DNA from: Nitrososphaerales archaeon
GTDB taxonomy: Archaea > Thermoproteota > Nitrososphaeria > Nitrososphaerales > UBA213
Reading direction: 5' to 3'
Assembly (NCBI GenBank): GCA_046759465.1
Contig: JBHICH010000006.1
Coordinates: 1-54,272, forward strand
DNA length: 54,272 nucleotides
Part shown: in pieces, positions 9,025 to 19,519 of the stretch
Position numbering within the stretch: position 1 is the first letter of the stretch
Layout of the letters: every line of letters begins with the position of its first letter
Program-made: the position numbers and the translations under genes
Notes under the pieces: generated by a model
Seen by the model: only the letters and a program-made list of their open reading frames with translations
Databases searched by the model: none
What the model was told of the DNA's origin: nothing

Positions 9025-10437
9025 ATGGTGTTGGATATAAAGAAGATGATCGATGCCATCCTAAGGCAGCAACTGAACCTTACCAAGGATGAATTACTTC
9101 AGATGATCGAAGAAAAGAAACAGAGGGTGGGCGCAGGATACCTTACAGATCAAGGTGCATTGTTTTTGGTAGCTGCTGATCTGGGCATAACAATCGAAGA
9201 ACCGCCGAAACTTGAAATGAGTCTTAAGGACATATATGTTGGAGCAAAAGAGGTTAGCATAATTGCACGTGTGATGAATGTTTATCCCCTGCGAAGATAT
9301 CATAGAAAGGATGGTTCTGAACTGCTTCTAAGAACATTAACAGTTTATGACAACGATGCCAGAGTCAAAGTGAAACTCTGGGAAAATATGGCTAACCTAC
9401 CAGATAGCTTGGGGATAAAACCTGGAGATGCGATCAAGATATCGAAAGCATATGTGCGTGCAGGCATGGACGGCAAGGTAACGATCAACATTGGTGCAAG
9501 AAGTAGTATTGAACTGGTATCGGATAACGTCCCACACATACGAGAACTGGAAAACATAGCAATTGATGTTGGCGAAATCACCGGTTCCGAAGAAAATGCT
9601 GTTGTAACTGGCATTGTAAAAGGAAGCCCGCGAATTTCAAGTTTCGTTAACTTAAGGGGTGAACAAAGCAGGGTTATGCATATGCAGATCGCTGGTACAG
9701 ATGGTAGAACACTTCGAGTTGTTCTATGGAACGTTGATGAGCAGAGAGTTCCTAAAGTGATGAATCTTGGTTCTACTGTAAAATTAATTGGTTTAAAGAC
9801 AAAGAGGAACCAGAATGGTGATATCGAATTGCACGGTGACGAAGGTACTTTGCTTGTAGTTGATCAGCAGGAAGAAATCGAGGTTATACCTCTCCGCATT
9901 ATTGCTGTAAGTAAAAATACTGGAAAGAAACTAGATTCATTTGCACTTGCAATCGACAGAGCGAAGCGAATATTCACAATGGTGATAAATGATCAGTTTA
10001 TAGATCAATTAAAAACAAGTCAGATTATAGAGTGTGTTCCCAGCAGGCTTTATGGCTCAACGTTATTGCTGCAGGATGATGCTTATGTTAGAACTATGGA
10101 AGACGATCCAACATTTCCAACTTCTGATTCATTGGAATGCAAAATAAAAGATATTAGAACATCACAGGAACTTTACTTTCTAGAAACAATAACACTTACT
10201 GAATCCAAAGTGCAGGAATTTCAGATGAAAGATGGTTCTACAGCGAAGTATGCAGAAATAATGCTTGGCGATGATACTGGTGAAATAAGACTTGTGGGAT
10301 GGCGTGAGATGGCAGATGTTCTTGAAAATCTGAAGATTGGTCAGCGTCTAAAGGTATATGGCGTGATGGCATATACAGGAAGAGATGGCAACACGGAATT
10401 GAGATTGAAGCCATTTTCCGATATAATTGAACTTTAA
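9025..10437 (+). CDS. rpa: Replication protein A / multi-OB-fold ssDNA-binding protein
   Basis: N-terminal GYLTDQGALFLVA helix and repeated OB motifs (D...VKVKLW, LRVVLW, GDDTGEIRLVGW). Confidence 0.88.
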   Translation: MVLDIKKMIDAILRQQLNLTKDELLQMIEEKKQRVGAGYLTDQGALFLVAADLGITIEEPPKLEMSLKDIYVGAKEVSIIARVMNVYPLRRYHRKDGSELLLRTLTVYDNDARVKVKLWENMANLPDSLGIKPGDAIKISKAYVRAGMDGKVTINIGARSSIELVSDNVPHIRELENIAIDVGEITGSEENAVVTGIVKGSPRISSFVNLRGEQSRVMHMQIAGTDGRTLRVVLWNVDEQRVPKVMNLGSTVKLIGLKTKRNQNGDIELHGDEGTLLVVDQQEEIEVIPLRIIAVSKNTGKKLDSFALAIDRAKRIFTMVINDQFIDQLKTSQIIECVPSRLYGSTLLLQDDAYVRTMEDDPTFPTSDSLECKIKDIRTSQELYFLETITLTESKVQEFQMKDGSTAKYAEIMLGDDTGEIRLVGWREMADVLENLKIGQRLKVYGVMAYTGRDGNTELRLKPFSDIIEL

Positions 10438-13166
10438 TCACCCCAGAATCCACGAGTTGTAACGTACAGTCTTTCGGCGTCATATATCTGCTTGTATATT
10501 CCTTCTTCATCAACGTTGTCTCTCAAAACCCTTGCTGCGGTGTCAACGCCAACACCGTAACCAGATAAAACGATCAGAGCCTTCCTGCCGAAGTTGTGTA
10601 TCAGTGATGCTGTTTTCCACGCACGACTGAATTTGTATTCTTCATCTGCTGATAATTTTCTGCCTTTCAACTTCGTTCTAATTATATTTGCGAGCTCATA
10701 ATCGGATACATATGTAGCAGTTACTAGCTGTGATTTGCATCTTGTGCAATGCAGACTGTCTGGAGTGTCTTTGGTCTCCATAACTCGTTCCCACTTTCCA
10801 CATCTAATGCAAATTAGCTTATGCCTTGTCTTTTGCAGTCTTTCCTTTATCAGCTCAATGACACCTCTTTCTAGACTTAATGGAGTGGCAGAGAACCTCG
10901 TAGAATGTTCTAGTATAGGTTTTGCAAGATCAGAGAACTTTTCAACATCAAGCCATATTATTTTGATTGCATTGTCTCTTATCTGTGAAAGTATGGATGA
11001 TGTTAATGCAATATCGTATTTATCATGCATCAATTCACGAATTGCCTCCTTACTGATTGCTGTTTTATAATATCTGTCATAGATCAGTCTAGCGGCCTTT
11101 CTATCGTAAACAGCTTCCTTGTTTACCAAGCCGAAACGTTTTGAAACACACCATGTGCGCCAATTGATATTGTGTGTGTTAGTTAATGAGGCAACTATGA
11201 CAGATTCCAAGTCGTAGTTATCCTTGAGACAGTCCAAGATATGCTGTTTGCTTATTCTTGCATTTGATGAGAGAATTATCCGGTAGGCATCCGATCTCGC
11301 ATCAACTAAATATCCAAGCTTTGAAGACAGTATTGTTGATAACAATGACGTTAATGTGTTGTTAACCTTTGTACCAAAACATAAATGAATTACTAGATTG
11401 TTCCTTCCTCTGGCTGATTCAACCACAATTGTGCGGTCATCTGGTATGGTCTTCAGCTCATTGTAAGAATCCTGTACAAGTGTGCTGCTAGCTTTTGCCT
11501 TGCGATGCAACATCATCTTTCTTAACTTCCCAACCTCAGCTGCAGTCTCATAATCAACTGGGATCATTTCGCCAACCCAGTAAGGAATGTTCACACCTAT
11601 ATTTTGCATTGGTTCCACACTGACACGCAATCTTGAATCGTCTACTGCTAAAACTCTCCACTGCGAGCCCTTGAGCACAAACACATTTCCTTGTTCGCCG
11701 TAGTCACCAACGAACTGCTGATCTAAACTTCCAATTATCTTCTTGCTTATTGTGTCTACAACTTCGAACTTTAGAACGCCCGGAATTGTGGAAATATTTT
11801 CAAAGTAATACTTGTATACCTTGAGCCTCCTTTTGAATAAAGCTCGCTCTCTGTGATAGTTTACAATTCTGTTACTATCTAGTATGTCTAAACACGATTC
11901 AATATCCTGTAATGTTATCATTCTGAATGGATATGCCTTTGTGATCAATTTGTGCGCCTGCTCCAAACTAACACTGCCCAGCTGCAATGCCAAACCAGCT
12001 ATGTGATGTGCCAGAACGTCAAGTGAAGTCTCATGCATTTCTTGCTCCTCTATCGAGCTTCGCTTCATTCTACGTATTATTGCCATTGCCTCAAGTTCAT
12101 CATCAGGATTATTTGTTACCAGCAGTCCCTTTGCAGACTGTCTTATTTTGTGTCTGCTTCTTCCTATTCGCTGCATCAATTTAGAAACCTGCCTCGGCGA
12201 GCCATAATGTATTACCAGTTCTACTGAGCCAATATCAAGACCAAGCTCAAGCGAAGATGTGCAGACAACAATTCCTGCACCGCCACTTCTTAGCCTTGAT
12301 TCCGTTTCCTCTCTGACATCCTTTGATAGTGAACCGTGGTGCACATCAACCTTGATCCCACTCGAATCACTTTTCATTACAGCGGCTATGTACTCAGCTT
12401 CATCCCTTGTGTTTGTAAAGAGCAGAACTGAATCTTCTTTGTAATTGTCTCGAACATAATCAGCAACAAACTTCGCGACATTATTTAATGGACCTTTGAC
12501 AAATTTAACATCGATATCGTATTCCCTAACTGAATTGTCAACCAGAACGGCACACTTTCTATCTGTGCCAGCTACAAACTTTGCAGCTGCATCCAAATTG
12601 CCAATTGTTGCAGATAGACCAATTCTTATGATTTCATTTTTGGTTAGCTCCTGCGCTCTTTCAAGGCTTATCGATAGATGTGCTCCTCTTTCGTTGGAAA
12701 TCAACTCATGAACTTCGTCAATAATGATCCATTGAAGATTTTTCATAGCTTTTAGCATTCTTTCGTTTGTTAGAATAATTGCCATGGTCTCCGGAGTAGT
12801 TATCAGTATATCTGGTGGTTCGCTTGCGATCTTCCTTCTTGTTGCTTGAGGTGTATCTCCATGCCTAACGTCAACTCTTAGCCCTTCCAGTTCAGCATAT
12901 TGAATTATCCTTCGCAACATGTCTCTGTTCAGAGCTCTTAAAGGAGTGATGTAGATTGCTCGGATTCCATTTTGCTTTTGCTGAGAGGCTAGCGTGGTAA
13001 AAATTGGTAAGACCGCAGCTTCGGTTTTGCCAGAGCCCGTTGGTGCAACCAAGAGCGTATTTATCCTTCGAGATATTACAGGTAAAGCCTTTTCCTGAAT
13101 CGGAGTCAGTTCGTTGTATCCAGCCCTTTTGAACTTGTCGGTAATGGTAAGGTCAGCGTTCTGCAT
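10434..13166 (-). CDS. lhr: Lhr-like SF2 DEAD/H helicase
   Basis: APTGSGKT, PLRAL, DEVH, GLSAT, HHGSL, QRIGRS and C-terminal CxxC/CxxC. Start at 13166 or 13196. Confidence 0.93.
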   Translation of the reverse strand: MQNADLTITDKFKRAGYNELTPIQEKALPVISRRINTLLVAPTGSGKTEAAVLPIFTTLASQQKQNGIRAIYITPLRALNRDMLRRIIQYAELEGLRVDVRHGDTPQATRRKIASEPPDILITTPETMAIILTNERMLKAMKNLQWIIIDEVHELISNERGAHLSISLERAQELTKNEIIRIGLSATIGNLDAAAKFVAGTDRKCAVLVDNSVREYDIDVKFVKGPLNNVAKFVADYVRDNYKEDSVLLFTNTRDEAEYIAAVMKSDSSGIKVDVHHGSLSKDVREETESRLRSGGAGIVVCTSSLELGLDIGSVELVIHYGSPRQVSKLMQRIGRSRHKIRQSAKGLLVTNNPDDELEAMAIIRRMKRSSIEEQEMHETSLDVLAHHIAGLALQLGSVSLEQAHKLITKAYPFRMITLQDIESCLDILDSNRIVNYHRERALFKRRLKVYKYYFENISTIPGVLKFEVVDTISKKIIGSLDQQFVGDYGEQGNVFVLKGSQWRVLAVDDSRLRVSVEPMQNIGVNIPYWVGEMIPVDYETAAEVGKLRKMMLHRKAKASSTLVQDSYNELKTIPDDRTIVVESARGRNNLVIHLCFGTKVNNTLTSLLSTILSSKLGYLVDARSDAYRIILSSNARISKQHILDCLKDNYDLESVIVASLTNTHNINWRTWCVSKRFGLVNKEAVYDRKAARLIYDRYYKTAISKEAIRELMHDKYDIALTSSILSQIRDNAIKIIWLDVEKFSDLAKPILEHSTRFSATPLSLERGVIELIKERLQKTRHKLICIRCGKWERVMETKDTPDSLHCTRCKSQLVTATYVSDYELANIIRTKLKGRKLSADEEYKFSRAWKTASLIHNFGRKALIVLSGYGVGVDTAARVLRDNVDEEGIYKQIYDAERLYVTTRGFWGD

Positions 13167-13272
13167 GCTTTCTTTCCTTTGCTCGCTCCCGTTCATAGAG
13201 CATAACCACGAATAAGCCTATTACAAACAGAACTACTGTGATTATTGATAAAGAATCGGTAATACTTGCCAT
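13153..13272 (-). CDS. 39-aa single-pass membrane microprotein (not in ORF track)
   Basis: MASITDSLSIITVVLFVIGLFVVMLYERERAKERKHAER*; stop overlaps the lhr start region. Confidence 0.55.
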   Translation of the reverse strand: MASITDSLSIITVVLFVIGLFVVMLYERERAKERKHAER

Positions 13273-13364
13273 ACAGCTTGACCATAAAACCTCAGAAATA
13301 AATATCTTTATGAGTTAGAGTTAATATCATCATTTAAATAAAAAAATTAGAGAAGATTTAGTCT

Positions 13365-14123
13365 ATGGTCATAACAAAATACCGTCCATATATTAACGAT
13401 GTTCCAAGGCACGGGCTTGGGATTGTTTTCCTGATATTTGGCATAGACAAATTTCTCATTCATGAATTTTACGTATCTTGGTTTACAGCTACAGAAAGAG
13501 TAAGAATGATCCTTCCCTTGCAAGACATTAGTTCATCAATTTATTTGATAGGTATTATCGAACTTGTATTTGCAGCATTATTATTTGCTGGAGTGGGTAT
13601 ACGATGGACGTCGATTGCTGTCAGTGCTTGGATGATTGCTATATTGTCCACAGCGCGTTATCCATCAAGCTTTCCACAAGATATAGGGTTATTGGGTGTA
13701 TCGGTCATGCTGGTCTTAACGGGTGTGGCATGGAAGAATGCGTCTACGGAGAAATTTCTGGCTTACTTGCGGATCATGAGATATCCCATATCTGTTGTGC
13801 TTCTTATATGGGCAATAGATCACATTGTGAACTATTCCAGACATGTGGGATGGATCCAGTTAGCTAGTAGAATTGGACAGGGTTTGTCCGCAAACGATAT
13901 TTTATCTTTTATAGTGTTTTTGGCTATCATCGAAATTGTTCTTGCTGGTATGATTGCAGTAGGCAGATTATCAGTAACCAAATATTCACTTCTAGCTGCA
14001 ACAATATTCTTCATATTCGCCAAGGTGGCATTAGCTCCTCCGTTGAACAATCATCAAAGTATAGGGCTGGCATTTGCAACCGCCTGGCTTGCATATATTG
14101 CCTATCATGAGAGAAGAGTCTAG
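13365..14123 (+). CDS. DoxX-like membrane protein with internal duplication
   Basis: Two halves, each R-x-x-x-x-x-x-F/L-L-I-F/W-G/A-I-D ... I-I-E-L/I-V; ends with DIGL/SIGL motif. Confidence 0.7.
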   Translation: MVITKYRPYINDVPRHGLGIVFLIFGIDKFLIHEFYVSWFTATERVRMILPLQDISSSIYLIGIIELVFAALLFAGVGIRWTSIAVSAWMIAILSTARYPSSFPQDIGLLGVSVMLVLTGVAWKNASTEKFLAYLRIMRYPISVVLLIWAIDHIVNYSRHVGWIQLASRIGQGLSANDILSFIVFLAIIEIVLAGMIAVGRLSVTKYSLLAATIFFIFAKVALAPPLNNHQSIGLAFATAWLAYIAYHERRV

Positions 14124-14157
14124 GAAGATGATCGAATAAAAAAAGTAAAAACGGATT

Positions 14158-15108
14158 TTAGATTATAGACTTTGGTTTAGGTCGCAGTCTCATGGCAGCT
14201 ATTACAGCCCCAAATGCTACAACCATAGGCAATATGGCTGTTATTGGGAATTCGGGGACAACTTCCATGCTGAAATCATCTATCAGCGGAGATGAAAGTG
14301 GATTGAACTCGATTCCGACTATCTGTCCAGAGATAGCATAGTTTCCATTATCGGTGAAGATAGGTCCGCTAACCATATATGGACCAGTCATCGATTTTCC
14401 TGCATCTTCTTCCCCACCAGTTACTGTAACTGATCCAGATGAAGGAGTTATTACAAGTTCTAAGTTGCCGTCATGATCATGGAACTGTTTGCTCCAAACT
14501 TCCATACCATCTTTAGTGATCACAACTTTGTAGTCAAGGTGGTCAATCTTACCAGGTGAAATCGAAGCTCCCTCAAGCTCCTTTGCCTTTGCCATGAATG
14601 AAAGTGTTACTTCGTCGCCTGCCATACGATCAAATGGAGGTAATGGGTCTATCATTAGATCCAAGTTTGTACCAGGCATCACTCCTTCTGGAGGAGCGAT
14701 ATCTCCTGGAGCCATATCTCCTGGAACTACTATTATCTTACCAATCATCCATGGATGCAACATACAGAGATAAGGATACTCGCCGGCGGTATCGAATGTA
14801 TGCTCAAAATTTACACGAGGCTTGGTTAATCCAGACTCAAATACCGTACCCCAATTCTCAGGATCGTCAATATCACCACTCGTTACTGTATGTGTAGCAC
14901 TATCATCATTCAGCCAAATTACAGTTGTGCCAACAGTGATTGTTAATTCCTCTGGTACAAAGAATTCGGGATTGTTTGCATCAGATGCTCCAGCGACTTG
15001 CGTGACTGTAGCTGTTTCCTGTGCACTAGACCAATTGATAACTGCCAATGAAGGTGCCAGCAAAATGCCCAGCATTACTATTGCGTATAGATTCTTCATT
15101 GAGATCAA
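14158..15108 (-). CDS. Secreted type-1 copper (cupredoxin) protein with second HDH domain and PEF-CTERM anchor
   Basis: Signal peptide; ATHTVTSG ... YLCMLHPWM Cu ligands; C-terminal VPEFP + TM helix + basic tail. Confidence 0.9.
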   Translation of the reverse strand: MISMKNLYAIVMLGILLAPSLAVINWSSAQETATVTQVAGASDANNPEFFVPEELTITVGTTVIWLNDDSATHTVTSGDIDDPENWGTVFESGLTKPRVNFEHTFDTAGEYPYLCMLHPWMIGKIIVVPGDMAPGDIAPPEGVMPGTNLDLMIDPLPPFDRMAGDEVTLSFMAKAKELEGASISPGKIDHLDYKVVITKDGMEVWSKQFHDHDGNLELVITPSSGSVTVTGGEEDAGKSMTGPYMVSGPIFTDNGNYAISGQIVGIEFNPLSSPLIDDFSMEVVPEFPITAILPMVVAFGAVIAAMRLRPKPKSII

Positions 15109-15143
15109 TGAAAATAGTCCTACTCTTAAAAGTTTCTATGTAA

Positions 15144-15839
15144 TTACACATCCGTTATGCCTTTGCCGCTGATTTTGAAAATTTCTGAGCGAGGCTCAAG
15201 GGAAGGTTGCAGTAATTTTGCTTTGAATGCACTATTTTCTTTTGAGAGCTCAACTTTAACGTGTGAAAAACTTGATATCGATTTGTCCAAGTGCTCCCTT
15301 TGTTCACCGCCCGTGAACCTTACGGTATTCGTTACTACTATTGCCATATTGCAGTTCAAAGCATCAAGTGCGAGCTCGTGCATAAAACGCATAAATTTCA
15401 GATGTTTCTGAGCGGTCGACGATTCTTTGTAATCATATGAGAATAGCTCACCAATGCTATCAATTACGGTGAGTTTAAGGTTGGCTATAGATGGTATCCG
15501 CTTTATCACAGAAATTTGATCAGCAGTACTGTAAACCCTTGATACATAGATCTTGTCCAACAGTTTATTATCCAAGCCTTCATATTTTGCAATCTGCACA
15601 ATTCTTTCTGGCCTGAATGTGTTCATTGCATCTATAAACAGAACATTTGCATTTAATCCTCTCCTGTTTTTGGGTTTTGCACAATTTACACATAATTGAA
15701 AACAGAGCTGTGTTTTTCCGGAGGCACTTGCACCAAATATATCAGTTAGCATTCCAACTCTTATACCTCCTCCAAGTAGTTTATCCAAGGCACCTGAACT
15801 GGTGTTTATTACAGTCAATGCAAATAATACAAGAATCAT
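15144..15839 (-). CDS. RadA/RadB-like RecA-family ATPase paralogue (no N-terminal HhH domain)
   Basis: LDKLLGGG, GASASGKTQ Walker A, FRPERI, VIDS Walker B; true start may be a few codons downstream. Confidence 0.85.
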   Translation of the reverse strand: MILVLFALTVINTSSGALDKLLGGGIRVGMLTDIFGASASGKTQLCFQLCVNCAKPKNRRGLNANVLFIDAMNTFRPERIVQIAKYEGLDNKLLDKIYVSRVYSTADQISVIKRIPSIANLKLTVIDSIGELFSYDYKESSTAQKHLKFMRFMHELALDALNCNMAIVVTNTVRFTGGEQREHLDKSISSFSHVKVELSKENSAFKAKLLQPSLEPRSEIFKISGKGITDV

Positions 15840-15948
15840 ACTGATAAAGTCTCATTCTCTCGGATCAAACTCTGGATCATATTGCAGATAGATGGCAAAG
15901 GAAGATTTTTATCTTGGCATCATCCCACAAAATTGCAAAGTGAGGTAT

Positions 15949-16188
15949 TTGTCACAGCAAGCAAAGAGACCACTAACGACACTTCAACGCGCAGTTAACA
16001 GCAAAGTGTCGGTAAGATTGAAGAGCGAATATGAGTATAAAGGAAAGATGAGCAATGTTGATTCTTATATGAATTTGATCTTGATCGATGCTGAAGAATT
16101 TAATGGTGGTAGTCACCTTGCAAATTATGGCAAGGTAGTTATCAGGGGTAACAACGTATTGTTTATTAAATTAGAAAACGAGCTCTAA
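15949..16188 (+). CDS. Sm-like (Lsm/SmAP) protein
   Basis: Sm1 (D.YMNLIL.DAEE) and Sm2 (VVIRGNNV) motifs; TTG 15949 preceded by GAGGT. Confidence 0.93.
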   Translation: MSQQAKRPLTTLQRAVNSKVSVRLKSEYEYKGKMSNVDSYMNLILIDAEEFNGGSHLANYGKVVIRGNNVLFIKLENEL

Positions 16189-16229
16189 TGAGCCGTGAGA
16201 ATTGTTCCTAAAAATGGACATATTGGGCT

Positions 16230-17384
16230 ATGGCTAGAAAATTATTCACTTCAGAGTCTGTGACAGAAGGTCATCCAGACAAGGTCTGTGATCAGATTGC
16301 AGACACGTTGCTAGATGAATTCCTGAAGCTGGATCCAGATTCAAGAGTTGCATTAGAAACGCTTGCAACAACAGGAATGATTGTGGTCGTGGGTGAAGTT
16401 ACAAGCAATGGGCAGTTAGATCTTGAAAGTGTGATCAGAAGAACTATAAAAGAAATTGGTTACGATAATCCGAGCTACGGTTTTGACTGCAACACATGTC
16501 GAGTACTGGTTTCTTTGCATGAACAAAGTCCTGATATTTCTGTGGGTGTGATACCAACAGCGAACAAGGAGCAAGGGGCGGGTGACCAAGGCACAATGTT
16601 CGGTTACGCGACAAATGAAACTGTGGAACTGATGCCACTGCCCGTAAATTTGGCGCATAAGCTCACCATGCGATTAAGTGAAGTTAGAAAGAAGAAAGAG
16701 TTGGACTGGCTAAGACCAGACGGGAAGTCACAGGTTACTGTTGAATATGAAAATGGAAAACCGAGAAGGATTAAGGATGTAGTTCTATCAACGCAGCATG
16801 CAGCAGATGCAGATGCAGAAAAAATTAGAAAAGAGATGATGTCAAAAGTGATCGAGCCTATTTGTGGTAAGTGGGTTGACAAAGATACCACATACTACAT
16901 AAACCCAACGGGAAGGTTTGTGATCGGTGGACCTGCTGCTGACAGCGGATTGACTGGACGAAAGATAATTGCCGATACTTATGGAGGTGTTGGAAGTCAT
17001 GGTGGAGGCTCTTTCTCTGGGAAAGATCCGAGCAAGGTTGATAGATCTGCCTCTTACATGGTAAGGTATGTTGCAAAGAACATCGTAGCTTCTGGACTTG
17101 CCGATAAATGTGAAGTGCAGGTTACATACGCAATTGGGGTTGCCCAACCGCTATCCTTAATGATAAATACATTTGGAACGAGCAAGATTTCAGAAGATAG
17201 AATAGAAGATATTGTCATGAAGAATTTTGATCTCAGACCAGCCGAAATAATAAAACATCTTAGTTTGAAGAGGCCAATCTATAGAAAGACTGCAGTGTAT
17301 GGCCACTTTGGAAGAAACGACCCGGACTTTACCTGGGAGAAGACAGATAAGGCAGAAATGTTAAGACTTGCAGCTGGAATTTAA
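16230..17384 (+). CDS. metK: S-adenosylmethionine synthetase, bacterial/eukaryotic type
   Basis: [35 protein letters not shown]. Confidence 0.97.
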   Translation: MARKLFTSESVTEGHPDKVCDQIADTLLDEFLKLDPDSRVALETLATTGMIVVVGEVTSNGQLDLESVIRRTIKEIGYDNPSYGFDCNTCRVLVSLHEQSPDISVGVIPTANKEQGAGDQGTMFGYATNETVELMPLPVNLAHKLTMRLSEVRKKKELDWLRPDGKSQVTVEYENGKPRRIKDVVLSTQHAADADAEKIRKEMMSKVIEPICGKWVDKDTTYYINPTGRFVIGGPAADSGLTGRKIIADTYGGVGSHGGGSFSGKDPSKVDRSASYMVRYVAKNIVASGLADKCEVQVTYAIGVAQPLSLMINTFGTSKISEDRIEDIVMKNFDLRPAEIIKHLSLKRPIYRKTAVYGHFGRNDPDFTWEKTDKAEMLRLAAGI

Positions 17385-17385
17385 A

Positions 17386-18249
17386 CTATCTCGTAACATA
17401 TCTCAATACGTCATTTAATGGATATTTCAACCCATACTTTCTTCTGAAAAACTTGAGTAAATTTTCAATATCCCTTTTAAGTAGCAACTGAGCATTTGGG
17501 TGCTTTTTTCTAACACTTTGAGGCCAGTCTATTATCCATACATCCTTTCCATCGTAGAGCACATTGTATTCGCTCAAGTCAGCACTTATCATTCCTGCAT
17601 TATATGCCAGTCTTACATTGCTAAGGATAATTTCTAGTACTTTCTTAGGAAGATCGAGTGTATCGCATTGAATCAGCCTTGGTCCGTCTACTCGTTCCAT
17701 GACTATTGCATGCTTTGCTAATGCGTATGGCGCTGGAACCTTAACACCAGTTTTATGCAAAATCTTTAGTGCATTGAACTCCTTCTTTGCAGCATCTATG
17801 TTCACTAATAACCAGTGATGTAGTTTCATGTTGAAAGATCTTTTGCGCTTAACTTCTCTGAAACTTGTCCTTCCAATTCTGAAGAACTTGATTGCTGTAT
17901 ATTTATGGTCAGGAGTTAAAGTCTCGAAAACATCAGACTCTTTACCTACACCAATAGCTTTCCCCATTCCAATCACTATATCTTTATCAGCAAGGAACTT
18001 TAGGGCAAGTGCGTCAAGTCCAGCCATTACAAGAGAGAATCCTCTTCTGTTCCTGAATACAAGTTCCATCTGATTTAATTTGCCAACACTGAAATTTGCC
18101 TTATCAATATGCATCCTTGCTCTGCTGGCTATCTGTTCCGTGGTAAGTGATTCATGATCCTTTAGCGATGATGCTAGCGCTTTGAGCACATTGAACTCCT
18201 CTTGCTCGAGACTCTTTACAACCTTTGCAGCAACTTCAGCAGAGGACAT
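17386..18249 (-). CDS. rio2: RIO2-type atypical kinase
   Basis: N-terminal winged helix (GLDALAL), IGVGKESDV, DLSEYNV, IIDWPQ. Confidence 0.92.
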   Translation of the reverse strand: MSSAEVAAKVVKSLEQEEFNVLKALASSLKDHESLTTEQIASRARMHIDKANFSVGKLNQMELVFRNRRGFSLVMAGLDALALKFLADKDIVIGMGKAIGVGKESDVFETLTPDHKYTAIKFFRIGRTSFREVKRKRSFNMKLHHWLLVNIDAAKKEFNALKILHKTGVKVPAPYALAKHAIVMERVDGPRLIQCDTLDLPKKVLEIILSNVRLAYNAGMISADLSEYNVLYDGKDVWIIDWPQSVRKKHPNAQLLLKRDIENLLKFFRRKYGLKYPLNDVLRYVTR

Positions 18250-18326
18250 GTAATTGGTAAGTGCGTTACCTAAATTAAATTATGCTTAGCAAAATCTTTA
18301 AGCCGTTCGATTGGTAGTGAATTTAG

Positions 18327-19472
18327 ATGAGTGACGATCTGGAGAAATTGGCAGAGTCAGAGCAGGAGCTACCTCCAGAGATAGAGGAGAAGAGAAGGAA
18401 GGGTCAGTTGAGAACGGGATACACTACAGGTACATGTGCAACTGCCGCGACAAAGGCTGCAATGCTCGCAATGATAACAAGGAATCCTGTTAAAGAAATA
18501 ACTGTGATACTGCCAAAAGGTAATACAATGACACTGAAGATTGAAGGTTGTAAGTTTAATGACAGCAATGCAGAATGCATTGTTATAAAAGATGCTGGAG
18601 ACGATCCCGATGTTACCCACCGTGCGGAAATTGTTTCAACAGTGAGCTGGACAGATAATCCTGGAACGATCGAAGTCGATGGGGGCAAGGGAGTTGGAAG
18701 AGTGACAAAACCAGGAATAGGCTTGGACATAGGCAAACCTGCGATCAACCCAACACCTATGAAGATGATAAAGGATGTAGTGAGTGAAGTTGCAGGGGAG
18801 CAGCTCAGGAGCAAGGGAGTGAAAGTTATAATCTCAGTGCCAAAGGGCATGGAGCTTGCGAAACTTACCGATAATCCAAGATTGGGCATCTTGGGGGGGA
18901 TATCTATACTTGGTACAAGTGGAATAGTTATTCCATATTCTACTGGCTCATTCACTGCCAGCATAAGGCAGGGACTTGACGTTGCCAGAGCAATGGGGCA
19001 AGACACTGTAGTATTAACAACTGGAGGTAGAAGTGAGGACTTTGCAAGAGAGTCACTGAAGTTACCAGAACATTGCTTTGTCCAGATGGGAGATTTCGCT
19101 GCCTATTCAGTAAGGCAGAGTGCTATAAGGGGTATGAAGAAGGCTGTAATTGCAGGTTTCATTGCCAAGTTATCAAAGATGGCAATGGGTATGAAGCAGA
19201 CACATGTTAAAGGTTCACATGTTGATATGGATTTTCTTGCATCCGTTGCGAAGGAATGCGGTGCAACCGAGCAATTGATTAATGAAGTTAAAGGTGCAAA
19301 TACAGCAAGGCATGTTTCTGAGATAGTCAGCAGCTACAAACTTGAAGGCTACTTCGATAAACTATGCGAAAAAGTTCACAAAATGATGACAGAACATACG
19401 CAGGATAAGATACAAATCGAGTGTGTAATGTTCGATTTTGATGGCAAAGTGATAGGAAGATACCCACGGTAA
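18327..19472 (+). CDS. cbiD: Cobalt-precorrin-5B C1-methyltransferase
   Basis: LRTGYTTGTCATAA, KDAGDDPDVTH, NPRLGILGGISILGT. Confidence 0.96.
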   Translation: MSDDLEKLAESEQELPPEIEEKRRKGQLRTGYTTGTCATAATKAAMLAMITRNPVKEITVILPKGNTMTLKIEGCKFNDSNAECIVIKDAGDDPDVTHRAEIVSTVSWTDNPGTIEVDGGKGVGRVTKPGIGLDIGKPAINPTPMKMIKDVVSEVAGEQLRSKGVKVIISVPKGMELAKLTDNPRLGILGGISILGTSGIVIPYSTGSFTASIRQGLDVARAMGQDTVVLTTGGRSEDFARESLKLPEHCFVQMGDFAAYSVRQSAIRGMKKAVIAGFIAKLSKMAMGMKQTHVKGSHVDMDFLASVAKECGATEQLINEVKGANTARHVSEIVSSYKLEGYFDKLCEKVHKMMTEHTQDKIQIECVMFDFDGKVIGRYPR

Positions 19473-19519
19473 ATACCAGCGAAAAGGATATTTCTAGTTG
19501 TTTTGTGCATTGATCTTCG

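Noticed and set aside
15781-15855. 24-aa Cys-containing ORF MRLYQYDSCIICIDCNKHQFRCLG (minus strand)
   Set aside because: Overlaps the conserved N-terminus of the RadA/RadB-like gene in another frame; no expression signals.
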